From: an uncultured Syntrophaceae bacterium
Lineage (GTDB): Bacteria; Desulfobacterota; Syntrophia; Syntrophales; UBA2192
Assembly: GCA_964547985.1 (NCBI GenBank)
Contig: CAZJPV010000005.1
Coordinates: forward strand, 7,755-71,754
Direction: 5' to 3'
Length of the DNA: 64,000 bases
Position 1 is the stretch's first letter. Every line of letters begins with the position of its first letter. A program made the position numbers and the translations under genes. A model generated the notes under the pieces. That model was not told the DNA's origin, ran no database searches, and was given only the letters and a program-made list of their open reading frames with translations. Shown one piece after another: positions 44,766 through 53,864 of this stretch.

Positions 44766-45467
44766 TTATTCTTCCTCGTCTTCCTTGATCAACCCGTAAT
44801 GCTCCCCCAGCTTCCTCACGCGCCCCTCGAGCCAGTCCATAAAGCCCTCGTCGCGCCCGTGACGGCGCCCATCTTCCTCCTCGAGGCGCATGGCGACGCG
44901 CTTCTCGGGGGGAGGCATCCTTTTGACCTTCTCGTAGACCGTGACGATGGACTTGGGCTTCGTGGGGCATCGCCTCTCGCAGGCATTGCAGCCCGTGCAG
45001 GGGCCCTCGAGGACCACGGGGTATTTGTCCTTCTCGAGCACGATAGCGTCGTAGCGGCAGGCATCGTAACAACGGGTGCAGTCTTCCTGACCCGTCCAGG
45101 CGAGGCAGGTATTGCGGTTGATGAGGGCATTGCCGATGTCGACCTCATCGCGGGAGATCTTTGCGATGGCCCCCGTCGGACATTCCTTGATGCAGGCCAT
45201 GCAGAAGATGCACTTCTTGTGCTCGAGGATAGGGGTGCCGAAGCAGGTGATCCCGCCGGCGAGTCCCGCCGGGTGGATGGCGTCGACAGGGCAGACATCC
45301 ACGCATCGGTAGCAGCGGGCGCAGGTTGCGAGAAAGGATTTTTCCTCGAGGGATCCTGGCGGGCGCGGGATCTCTCTGGCCCCGCTGACCTTAAAGAGGC
45401 CGAACAGGAGGGTCGAGACGGCTCCGCTGACGAGAAGATGGATCGTGTCCCTTCGTGAAAAGTCCAT
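44766..45467 (-). CDS. NapG/MauM-like periplasmic polyferredoxin with a twin-arginine-type N-terminus
   Basis: MDFSRRDTIHLL plus an h-region, then RPPGSLEEKSFLATCARCYRCVDVCP (the NapG signature RPPGA..E..F...C.RC). Three further Cys clusters follow. Confidence 0.75.
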   Translation of the reverse strand: MDFSRRDTIHLLVSGAVSTLLFGLFKVSGAREIPRPPGSLEEKSFLATCARCYRCVDVCPVDAIHPAGLAGGITCFGTPILEHKKCIFCMACIKECPTGAIAKISRDEVDIGNALINRNTCLAWTGQEDCTRCYDACRYDAIVLEKDKYPVVLEGPCTGCNACERRCPTKPKSIVTVYEKVKRMPPPEKRVAMRLEEEDGRRHGRDEGFMDWLEGRVRKLGEHYGLIKEDEEE

Positions 45468-45616
45468 GAGTGCAGGTATCCCCTGATCGTTCCAGGTTCC
45501 GTATCAACGACCCCTCTCCCCCTCGGTTACGGACCGATGTGAGCATACAAAAAGAACCCATAAAATGCAAGGGCGGGTGAAAAGAATCACCCGCCCCTAC
45601 ATAAAGCATCCAACGG

Positions 45617-47452
45617 TTAGAGGTTGTGTTTCTTCCTGGCCGCGTTGACGTCGGCAATCAGGTAATCGAGACCGCAGGCCTTGAGGGTGGCCTCCGTCGG
45701 GATGCCCTTGGCGTCCCAGCCGAAGAATCCGTATGTGTCGGCTTCCATCTTCTTCTGATCTTCGTCGGTGAAGACGGCGTTCTTTTTTGGTCCTGCGGGC
45801 AGCTTCTCCGCGTACATGCGTTTCGGCAGCCGGTCATCCTTGGAGCTGACGCCCTCGCGGACGTTGAAGACGCGCTCTGCTGTGATGATCCGCTTGGCCG
45901 TCGTCCAGTAGTCCTCCGGTTTCATGGCCCAGCCGCACAGCGGGTTGAGCATGTCGGTGACGATCTTGTCCGAACCGGCGCCCCAGACGAGAATCGAGGT
46001 AAAGGTGCACATGCAGAGCGAGTCGGCCATCGCCGTCATGGCCAGTGCCTTGGAGCCCTGTCCTTCGTGGTGATCGCCGCCGTTCGTGCCCATCGTGTAG
46101 CTGTAGGCACGGATCTTGTCGCCCCGCGGATCGTGGGCCGCCAGTTCCCGGCCCTTTACGACGTTGGCATAGGCCTCGGAGCCCTTGCCGATCTGTTTGG
46201 ACATCTTGGCCACGCCCTGGGCCATGAACTTTCCAGCCTTGCCTTCCTTGTGGGCGATCCTGCGTATCATCTCCATGTAGGTGTCGCCGTCACCCCACTT
46301 GGGTTTCAGGCCGTCGAGGTCCGCAGGCTTCAGGGCACCCTTCTCTAAAGCTTCTGTCACGAAGGCCAGGGTGCCTCCCGTGGAGATGTTGTCGAGACCG
46401 TAGGCGTCGCAGGCCTCGATGAGGGCGATCATCTGGCCGAAGTCCTTCATGCCCAGGTTGGAACCCATGAGCCCGCCGGACTCATACTCGGGTCCCTCGG
46501 CGACGAGACCCTTGTACTTCCCGTCGCGAAGGACGCCCAGCTTCAGACAGTGGGTCGGGCAGTTGGTGCAGGCCGCGTGGCGCTTCCAGAATCTCCGGGC
46601 CGCTTCCTCGCCACCGATATTGACGATGTCGGGGTACCAGGTGGTCTGGAAGTTCTTCGTGATGAGCGAGCCGTGGAGGAAGTGCTTGAGTTCCAGGAGG
46701 CCGCCCGTTCCCCAGCGCTTGATGCCTTCCCAGGCTTCTTTCTGTACGTTGGTTGTCTTGGCGGTTCTAGCGGCTGTGAGGAAATTCGCGCTGTCCACGA
46801 CGGGGACGGCGTACTTGGTGCCCCGCACGGCGAAGCCTTTCAACTTCTTGTTTCCGAACACCGGGCCGACGTTGCTGCGCGACGCGGCGCGGTAACGCTC
46901 GACGATGATGTTGGCCTGAAGCGCCCCGTTCTCGCCGGCCGGGCCGATGACAGCCGTCCGGATGAGAGGATCCTTCATGTCACTGATCATCATCGCATGG
47001 GCTTCTTCGGTGGTCTTGCCCCACATCTTCGAGGCGTCCTTGAACTCTACCTTGTCGTTGACGACGGAAAACCACACGGGCTTCTTTGCGCGGCCCTTGA
47101 TGTAGATGCCGTCCCAGCCGGCCCACTTGATCTCTCCCGCGAGGTGGGCTCCCGTCTCAGCGTGGCTCAAAAGACCCGTGAGGGGGTTCTTGTTGACGAA
47201 GCATGTCCTGTAAGAGACGGACATGGTCCCGGACAGGGGCCCCGGCCCCACGAAGACGAAGGCGTCCTCATCTAAGGGATTCTTGCCGGCCTTGTATTCC
47301 GTCACGGCGTAGTAGGCGCCCAAGCCTCTTCCACCGATGTACTGCTGGAGAATTTCTTCGGAAACCGGCCGTGTCTTGTAGGTCAGTGTGCTGAGGTCGA
47401 TTTCCAGTACCTTTCCGAAATTTCCGCCTTTGGGTGCTGCCATAGTGATCAC
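45617..47452 (-). CDS. aor: Tungsten-type aldehyde:ferredoxin oxidoreductase family enzyme (611 aa), no signal peptide of its own
   Basis: GKVLEIDLST..., YIGGRGLGAYY, GPGPLSGT, ACTNCPTHC and the full-length AOR domain order. Confidence 0.9.
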   Translation of the reverse strand: MITMAAPKGGNFGKVLEIDLSTLTYKTRPVSEEILQQYIGGRGLGAYYAVTEYKAGKNPLDEDAFVFVGPGPLSGTMSVSYRTCFVNKNPLTGLLSHAETGAHLAGEIKWAGWDGIYIKGRAKKPVWFSVVNDKVEFKDASKMWGKTTEEAHAMMISDMKDPLIRTAVIGPAGENGALQANIIVERYRAASRSNVGPVFGNKKLKGFAVRGTKYAVPVVDSANFLTAARTAKTTNVQKEAWEGIKRWGTGGLLELKHFLHGSLITKNFQTTWYPDIVNIGGEEAARRFWKRHAACTNCPTHCLKLGVLRDGKYKGLVAEGPEYESGGLMGSNLGMKDFGQMIALIEACDAYGLDNISTGGTLAFVTEALEKGALKPADLDGLKPKWGDGDTYMEMIRRIAHKEGKAGKFMAQGVAKMSKQIGKGSEAYANVVKGRELAAHDPRGDKIRAYSYTMGTNGGDHHEGQGSKALAMTAMADSLCMCTFTSILVWGAGSDKIVTDMLNPLCGWAMKPEDYWTTAKRIITAERVFNVREGVSSKDDRLPKRMYAEKLPAGPKKNAVFTDEDQKKMEADTYGFFGWDAKGIPTEATLKACGLDYLIADVNAARKKHNL

Positions 47453-48195
47453 CTCCCCTTCTTGGTCTTCACAGAAACGACCCGCTTACCTTCAACGTTC
47501 GGGTAGAACAGGAGGTTTGCGAGATCCTTACCCGCCTCTTCCGGCGTCACAGAACGGTAAGCCATGTTCACGCCGATTCCCACCGGTCGGCCCATGAGGC
47601 AGGGCCCCTGGGGGTTTCCGGCTTGATCGTGGCAGGCCTTGACGCATTGTGGGTCACCGCCGCACAGGTCGCAGATGAGGGGCTGACCCGTGTCGGGGTT
47701 TCCACGGATGTACTTGGCCGGGCAGGCCTCCTGACACTTCATGCACTTGGCGCCCAGACAGATTTTCTCGTTGAGCACAATGCCGTTGGTCTTGGCATCA
47801 CGGGTAATAGATTTGGGTGTGGTCGGGCAGGCCGCGATGCACGGGGCATCGTCGCACTGCCAGCAGATGACCGGTAAGTCGATCATATCCTTGTGCTTGT
47901 AAACCCAGACCCGGGACATCGCGGGCCGGGCGGTTCCGGTGTGGAACAGCGAGCAGGCCAGCTCGCAGCTCCGGCAGCCCGTGCAGTTCTGGCGCTCGGC
48001 GAAGAGGTACTTCTGCGCGTAGGGTGCGGTGCCCGCAACAGCCTGGACCGAGTACTGGGCCTCGGCCTTCTTCGGTACCATACCACCGACAGCAGTCAAC
48101 ACGATGGCACCTCCCGCCGCTGTAGCAGTTCCCCTCAGAAAGTCACGACGAGTCGTTTCCTTCTGGAGGACATCAGGCAGTTTCTTTTCGTCCAT
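47449..48195 (-). CDS. Tat-signal-bearing 4x[4Fe-4S] ferredoxin subunit (DmsB/HybA/DsrO-like), translationally coupled to AOR
   Basis: TTRRDFLRG plus an h-region and AEA cleavage-like site. CTGCRSCELAC, CWQCDDAPCIAACP, CMKCQEACP and CDLCGGDPQCVKAC. ATGA overlap with the aor start. Confidence 0.85.
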   Translation of the reverse strand: MDEKKLPDVLQKETTRRDFLRGTATAAGGAIVLTAVGGMVPKKAEAQYSVQAVAGTAPYAQKYLFAERQNCTGCRSCELACSLFHTGTARPAMSRVWVYKHKDMIDLPVICWQCDDAPCIAACPTTPKSITRDAKTNGIVLNEKICLGAKCMKCQEACPAKYIRGNPDTGQPLICDLCGGDPQCVKACHDQAGNPQGPCLMGRPVGIGVNMAYRSVTPEEAGKDLANLLFYPNVEGKRVVSVKTKKGR

Positions 48196-48324
48196 GTCTA
48201 ACCTCCCTTATATTTGCCTCGAGTTAAGGACTTGGAAACTCAATGAAGAGTATAGGGTACACCTCCTTTCATGCGTTTTGTTTCCTCCTGTTTTCTCATT
48301 TCACGGTCGACCCGGCGGAGCGGG

Positions 48325-48816
48325 TTACTTCATCTTGCTGGTGTAAACGTAGTCGTTCGACTTCTGGGCCTCGTGGCACTTGATGCACTCATCAATCTTG
48401 CCCTCCTGTTCGACCTTACCGCTGGTTTTGTACTGGGCCCAGAACCAGTCACCGCCCTTGGGGTTGTAACCCTTCACCTTGTACATGACGTCGATGAACT
48501 TGAGCTTTTTGTTTTTGTCGAAATTATCCTGCACGATCATAGAGCCGTCGGCGAACTTGCCCTTCTTGGCCTTGATGGAATCGAAGGCCGTCTGGTTGAC
48601 GTAGGCCGTCAGAAAAGCGCCGTGCGGTTCCGGTCCCTTGTACTGGGCCTCGGTACCGGGCCACATCTTCCAGCTCTGATAATTATTTTTCTGGACGAAG
48701 TTCCAGACAGCCGTGCCGTCGGCCGCCGGACCCTTCTTTGCCTGGGCGAAAAGGATGCCCGACAGGGCAAGGGTGACGGTGAGCACGATGGCGAGAAGGA
48801 GCCATTCTTTTTTCAT
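48325..48816 (-). CDS. Periplasmic monoheme c-type protein (cytochrome-P460-like fold guess)
   Basis: Signal peptide and a single C-terminal CIKCH. The beta-rich body (GDWFWAQYK) resembles P460-domain proteins as I recall them. Confidence 0.6.
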   Translation of the reverse strand: MKKEWLLLAIVLTVTLALSGILFAQAKKGPAADGTAVWNFVQKNNYQSWKMWPGTEAQYKGPEPHGAFLTAYVNQTAFDSIKAKKGKFADGSMIVQDNFDKNKKLKFIDVMYKVKGYNPKGGDWFWAQYKTSGKVEQEGKIDECIKCHEAQKSNDYVYTSKMK

Positions 48817-49249
48817 ATCAGTCTCCTTTCGAAATACACGCGGTCACCCGGAAAAGGGGAATAGACCGTATCTGGCGAATCATACGGATGAAGGGAAGCA
48901 CATTCGCTGAGGATAGCGGATGGGGACGTGAAGTGGCGGCTCGCAGCCGGTGGAGTGGGTCAATGTCGCAATCATCCGGGATCCCTTCGCGAAGGCCTGT
49001 GATACCTCATTTAACGTCGCGCATTGCTCGACAGACGCGATTGTAACCGGCATGGTGCGTTCCCCGGTGGATGGTCTCTGATTGCCCGGACCCTCCTTTA
49101 TCCTCCAGGACTACAAGTACTGAAAGAAAATCGACCGGGAAGCTGAGAGAAGTCGCTGCGCCTTTGGTCTCTCTTTTTTATAAAATATATGATGATCTAA
49201 TATATGAAGTCAAATCAAATTTCTCCAAAAGTAAAATTAAATCAATTAG

Positions 49250-49269
49250 TTATGTCATGTTTGACATAA
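49250..49269. promoter_or_regulatory. Perfect inverted repeat TTATGTCA-N4-TGACATAA in the divergent intergenic region (operator candidate)
   Basis: 8-bp arms at 49250-49257 and 49262-49269. It lies about 80 nt upstream of the ModE-like gene start. Confidence 0.45.
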
Positions 49270-49350
49270 CAGGGTTTTCCGTGCAAAATTAAACGGGTGA
49301 TTTACTGGGTCTATCCTGCATACCGATTCCACTGGGAAAAAGGAGAGCAC

Positions 49351-49668
49351 ATGGAAATCAAGTATAAGATTTGGCTGGAGAGGAACGGCCGCGTGATCTT
49401 TGGGCCCGGTCGATTCGAACTGCTGGAGGCTGTCGAGGAATGCCAGAGTCTGAGCGCGGCGGCGAAGAAGCTGAAGATGTCCTACCGGGCCGCCTGGGGA
49501 CGCCTCAGGGCCTCGGAGGACAGGCTGGGCATTCCTCTGGTTGAACTGACCGGCAACCGCCAGGGGATGCGCCTGACGGAAGAAGGAAAAAAGCTCCATG
49601 ATTCCTTTCTCGAACTGGAAAAAAAAATAGACAGGTTGCTCGAGGAATATCAGGGCCGGCTGACGTGA
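49351..49668 (+). CDS. ModE N-terminal-domain-like winged-helix regulator (no Mop/TOBE domain)
   Basis: SLSAAAKKLKMSYRAAWGRL...LVELTGNRQGMRLTEEGKKL parallels the ModE N-domain pattern (SISxGAKxxGISYKSAW...LVExxxGG...LTxxG). AGGAG lies 6 nt before ATG 49351. Confidence 0.7.
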   Translation: MEIKYKIWLERNGRVIFGPGRFELLEAVEECQSLSAAAKKLKMSYRAAWGRLRASEDRLGIPLVELTGNRQGMRLTEEGKKLHDSFLELEKKIDRLLEEYQGRLT

Positions 49669-49775
49669 TAAAGAAGCGTAAGGCGCGCCTTCGCGTATCC
49701 ACCAGGGGAACGTCATGACACGCATGCTTTCCCCTGCGTCCGTTCTGTGGTATAAAAGGTCAACGTTTTCTCTGC

Positions 49776-51179
49776 TTGAGGCTCGACTTGGAAAAAGGGA
49801 GTAAGCATTCCGCCGCCGAAGGAAAAAACGCGATCTGGTCCTTCTTTGCATCCGTCAGGCTCACCATTGTCCTGCTCATCGTCATTGCCGTCTCCTCGAT
49901 TTTGGGAACGATCATTCCCCAGCAGGAAGAGGCGCAGAGGATCATGCGTGAGCTGCCCCCCGGGCTCGTCTCTACCCTCCAGTCCCTTCAGCTCTTCGAC
50001 ATGTACCACTCCGTGTGGTTCCTTCTGATGATGGCCCTTCTGGCCGTGAATCTCACCGTTTGTTCCGTGAACCGCTTCCCCCGCACATGGAAAATTTTTC
50101 AGGCCGCCCGATCCGGGGGTGCGGTACGCCGGTTTGAGGGGGATACCGCTGACCGGGTTTTCACGGCCGGGGGAACGCCCGTACAGGTCGCTGAAGGGCT
50201 GGAGAGGATCATCCGCAGGAAATTCGGGAAGGTTCGCCGCGTGGAAGAAAGAGGCGTGATCACGCTCCACGGCGAGAAAGGGGTCTTCTCCTATTTTGGC
50301 GTCTATGTGGTCCATTTCAGTATCCTCGTCGTCCTTGCAGGGGCTATTTTCGGTTCTCTTTCGGGATTCGACGGGTACGTCAACATCCCCGAAGGGGGGA
50401 CCATCGACACGGTGAAGCTCAGGGGCGGACAGGGAACGAAGAAACTCGACTTTGCCGTCCGCTGTGATCGTTTCACGGTGGAGTTTTATGACAACGGCAT
50501 GCCGAGGGAGTTCCGCTCTGATCTCTCTTTTCTGAGGGACGGGAAGGTTGTCCAGGAGGGACCCCTGCGGGTCAACCACCCCATCGAGTTCGGGGGGATC
50601 CGGTTTTACCAGGCCAGTTACGGAAACCAGCCCGGGACCGCTCTACTGACCGTCCAGGACGGTAGGGGCGCGAAGAAGCTTCTGAAAATCTCGGCGGGGG
50701 ATCAATTCGAACTTCCCGGCAGGAAGGCAACCGTTTCGGTGCTCCGCATCGAGGAGAACCTCATGAACATGGGTCCCGCCGTGAAGGTGGGCGTCGTGTC
50801 GGAAGAAGGCGGTACCGCCTTCTGGGTCTTCAGGCATATCCGTGAGATCGAGGAGGCCAACCCCGGGATCACGAAACAGGTGCCGCAATTCAATCCCGGT
50901 CTCTTCAAGCCCTATCTTTTTTCACTGGGAGGTATTGAAAGCGCCTACTTCACCGGGCTTCAGGTGAACACCGATCCGAGTGTCCCCATTGTGGCGGCGG
51001 GGGCGTTCCTCATGGTGGCCGGTTTTATGATCGTCTTTTTATTCTCCCACCGGCGGATATGGGTCCGCCTCGAGGAGAAGGACGGCAAGAGCAGAATCAG
51101 TATTGCCGGCCGGTGCAACCGGGACCCGGTCGGCCTTTCCCGCGACATGGACGCCATTGCGGCGGGTGAACGGAAGTAG
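49776..51179 (+). CDS. resB: Cytochrome c biogenesis protein ResB/Ccs1 (system II)
   Basis: WSFFASVRLTIVLLIVIAVSSILGTIIPQ N-terminal signature, a large periplasmic loop and a C-terminal TM. TTG start, with no upstream ATG before TM1. Confidence 0.85.
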   Translation: MRLDLEKGSKHSAAEGKNAIWSFFASVRLTIVLLIVIAVSSILGTIIPQQEEAQRIMRELPPGLVSTLQSLQLFDMYHSVWFLLMMALLAVNLTVCSVNRFPRTWKIFQAARSGGAVRRFEGDTADRVFTAGGTPVQVAEGLERIIRRKFGKVRRVEERGVITLHGEKGVFSYFGVYVVHFSILVVLAGAIFGSLSGFDGYVNIPEGGTIDTVKLRGGQGTKKLDFAVRCDRFTVEFYDNGMPREFRSDLSFLRDGKVVQEGPLRVNHPIEFGGIRFYQASYGNQPGTALLTVQDGRGAKKLLKISAGDQFELPGRKATVSVLRIEENLMNMGPAVKVGVVSEEGGTAFWVFRHIREIEEANPGITKQVPQFNPGLFKPYLFSLGGIESAYFTGLQVNTDPSVPIVAAGAFLMVAGFMIVFLFSHRRIWVRLEEKDGKSRISIAGRCNRDPVGLSRDMDAIAAGERK

Positions 51180-51211
51180 CTCACGTTGTTCCGTCAGGGG
51201 TCGAACTTTTC

Positions 51212-52060
51212 ATGAATACTGTAATCCTCAACTGGGTCACCTTCGTCTATTTCGGCGCGGCCGTCTTTTATTTCATCCACATGCTCCGCGAAGGCGAGTT
51301 CTGGGGAAAGGCCGCGACCGTCACGGCCTTCGCCGGAATCGCAGCCCAGACGATTGCCCTGGTCGTCCGCTGGGTGGAGTCCTACAGGATGGGCATCGGG
51401 CATATCCCCCTTTCGAATCTCTATGAATCGCTCATCTTCTTTGCCTGGGCGGTCATGCTCCTGTACCTGATCATGGAGTGGAGAATCAAAAACAGGAGCG
51501 CGGGTACTTTTGTAACCCCCTTTGCGTTTTTGCTCATGTCCTATGCATCGATATCGCCGAACATCAGCGGGCAGATTCTGCCGCTGATACCGGCGCTACA
51601 GAGCAACTGGTTGACGAGCCACGTGATCACCTGTTTCATGGGGTATGCATCCTTCGCCATCGCCGCCGGCCTGGGCTTCATGTATCTCGTCAAAGGCGAT
51701 GACGGCGCGCCGCAGAAGGACCCGGCACCATTTTCCCGCCGTTACCTGCCTGCCAGAGATGCGCTCGATGAACTCATTTATCAGTGCGCGAGCCTGGGAT
51801 TTATTTTCCTGACGCTCGGCATCATTACAGGAGCCGTCTGGGCTCACTACGCGTGGGGACGATACTGGGGGTGGGACCCGAAGGAAACGTGGTCGCTCAT
51901 CACCTGGCTCGTCTATGCGGCCATGCTCCATTCCCGCTATGTTCGCGGGTGGCGGGGAAAACAAATGGCTGTCATGGCCCTTGTGGGGCTTGCCTGCGTG
52001 CTTGTTACCTATCTCGGCGTGAATTATCTGCCGGGCCTGCACAGTTACATCCAATCTTAG
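51212..52060 (+). CDS. ccsA: Cytochrome c biogenesis heme-handling protein CcsA/ResC
   Basis: WWD-type motif WGRYWGWDPKETWSLITW and flanking His residues. Confidence 0.9.
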   Translation: MNTVILNWVTFVYFGAAVFYFIHMLREGEFWGKAATVTAFAGIAAQTIALVVRWVESYRMGIGHIPLSNLYESLIFFAWAVMLLYLIMEWRIKNRSAGTFVTPFAFLLMSYASISPNISGQILPLIPALQSNWLTSHVITCFMGYASFAIAAGLGFMYLVKGDDGAPQKDPAPFSRRYLPARDALDELIYQCASLGFIFLTLGIITGAVWAHYAWGRYWGWDPKETWSLITWLVYAAMLHSRYVRGWRGKQMAVMALVGLACVLVTYLGVNYLPGLHSYIQS

Positions 52061-52085
52061 AACGGAGTCATCGGTCGTACGAAAA

Positions 52086-53585
52086 ATGAGAGCCAGCGGC
52101 ATTCTTCTTCATATCTCGTCGCTTCCGTCCCGCTTCGGGATCGGCGACCTGGGGCCTGAAGCCTACCGCTTCGCGGACTTTCTCCGCCGGGCGGGCCAGC
52201 GCTGCTGGCAGGTCCTGCCTCTGTGTCCCACCGACGCGATCCACGGAAACTCACCCTACAACAGCGCTTCGGCCTTTGCCGGGAATGTGCTTCTCATCAG
52301 TCCCGAGGAGATGGTTCGAGAGGGCTTTCTCGAGGGCGGCAATCTCAGAGGCGCGCCCTCTTTCCCGGAGGGCGACATCGATTACCCGGCTGTGAGCCTT
52401 TACAAAGGGAACCTCTTCCACAAAGCCTTTGAAGCCTTCAGGAAAACCGGGAGGAAATACGGGGATGACTTTCAGGCTTTCTGCGATCACAACGCGGGCT
52501 GGCTCGACGATCATGCGCTTTTTACCGCGCTTAAACGCCACGGGCGGGGTAGGGCATGGAACCACTGGCCTCGTCCGATCAGGGACAGGATGCCTGCTGC
52601 ACTGAATGAGGTGAAGATAAGATTTGCGGAAGAGATCGGGCGAGAGAGGTTTCTCCAGTTTGTATTCTACCGGCAGTGGAAGGCCCTCAAGCATTATGTG
52701 AACGCCCTCGGCATCGAGGTCATCGGGGACCTCCCCATTTACGTCCACTACGACAGTGCCGATGTCTGGCAGCATCCCGAATATTTCATGCTGGGCAGAA
52801 ACAAAAGCCCCGCCGCTCTGGCCGGTGTCCCGCCGGATTACTTTAGCAAGACGGGTCAGCTCTGGGGCAACCCTCTTTATCGGTGGGATGTTCTCAAGGG
52901 ACGTCGCTACCGGTGGTGGATCGACCGGATCGTTCACAACCTCAGGCGCTTCGACCGGGTGCGGATCGATCATTTCCGCGGTTTCGTGGCTTTCTGGCAG
53001 GTCTCCTCCGAAGCCAGGACGGCCGTCGGCGGAAAATGGGTGAAGGCGCCCGCCGAAGATTTTTTCAGGACGATATTGAAGCGTGTGCCGCGCGAGAGAC
53101 TCATCGCCGAGGATCTCGGATTCATCACGCCCGATGTGACGCAGGTTCTCGAGAAGATCGGGGTTCCGGGAATGCGTGTGCTTCTCTTCGCCTTCGAGGA
53201 GGGGATGGCGCACTCCCCCCATGCCCCACACAATCACGTCAGGAATTGCGTCGTCTATACGGGGACCCACGACAACAACACCGTCCGGGGCTGGTTCGAA
53301 AATGAAGCCGGCCGGGGTCGGAGACGAAGGCTCTTTCGCTACCTGGGAAAGAGGATCAGGGCCGGGGAAGCCCACCAGGTATTCATGCGCCTGGCGATGA
53401 TGTCCGTGGCGGATACGGTGATCATCCCCATGCAGGATGCCCTGGGGCTGGGGGAAGAGGCGAGGATGAACCGGCCCTCCACCTGGACGGGCAACTGGCA
53501 ATGGCGCCTGGGCAGGGGGCAGCTGAAAATCGGCGTCGCAAGGGATCTGCGCATGCTTGCATCCACCTACGGTCGGTGCGGATAA
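52086..53585 (+). CDS. malQ: 4-alpha-glucanotransferase (amylomaltase)
   Basis: RASGILLHISSLPSRFGIGDLG, RIDHFRGF, AEDLG and YTGTHDN motifs. Confidence 0.93.
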   Translation: MRASGILLHISSLPSRFGIGDLGPEAYRFADFLRRAGQRCWQVLPLCPTDAIHGNSPYNSASAFAGNVLLISPEEMVREGFLEGGNLRGAPSFPEGDIDYPAVSLYKGNLFHKAFEAFRKTGRKYGDDFQAFCDHNAGWLDDHALFTALKRHGRGRAWNHWPRPIRDRMPAALNEVKIRFAEEIGRERFLQFVFYRQWKALKHYVNALGIEVIGDLPIYVHYDSADVWQHPEYFMLGRNKSPAALAGVPPDYFSKTGQLWGNPLYRWDVLKGRRYRWWIDRIVHNLRRFDRVRIDHFRGFVAFWQVSSEARTAVGGKWVKAPAEDFFRTILKRVPRERLIAEDLGFITPDVTQVLEKIGVPGMRVLLFAFEEGMAHSPHAPHNHVRNCVVYTGTHDNNTVRGWFENEAGRGRRRRLFRYLGKRIRAGEAHQVFMRLAMMSVADTVIIPMQDALGLGEEARMNRPSTWTGNWQWRLGRGQLKIGVARDLRMLASTYGRCG

Positions 53586-53691
53586 AGGAGCGCAGAGAAT
53601 TTCGCCTCGATTGCGCGCGCGGAGCGCAATTGTAACCCGTTGAAATTATTAGTTTTATGGAGAGAATAAAAGCAGAAAAGCCCGCCTCGGT

Positions 53692-53720
53692 AAAAGGTAT
53701 GAGAAGCTCTCATACCTTTT
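53692..53720. terminator. Strong bidirectional-type hairpin terminator downstream of malQ
   Basis: Perfect 13-bp stem aaaaggtatgaga/tctcatacctttt with a 3-nt loop. The A/T runs are built into the stem ends. Confidence 0.7.
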
Positions 53721-53864
53721 ACTTAGGTTTTTTCTAATCAAAAATACGAAGGAAAATCAGCATGTCGTCGTATTGTTTTTATTTTCCCCCTGCCGTTAAT
53801 ATGGTTACACAGGGGGAAACCCCGCGCCCGCGTTTCGAAATACATTTCATATCGGGAGGTCCTA

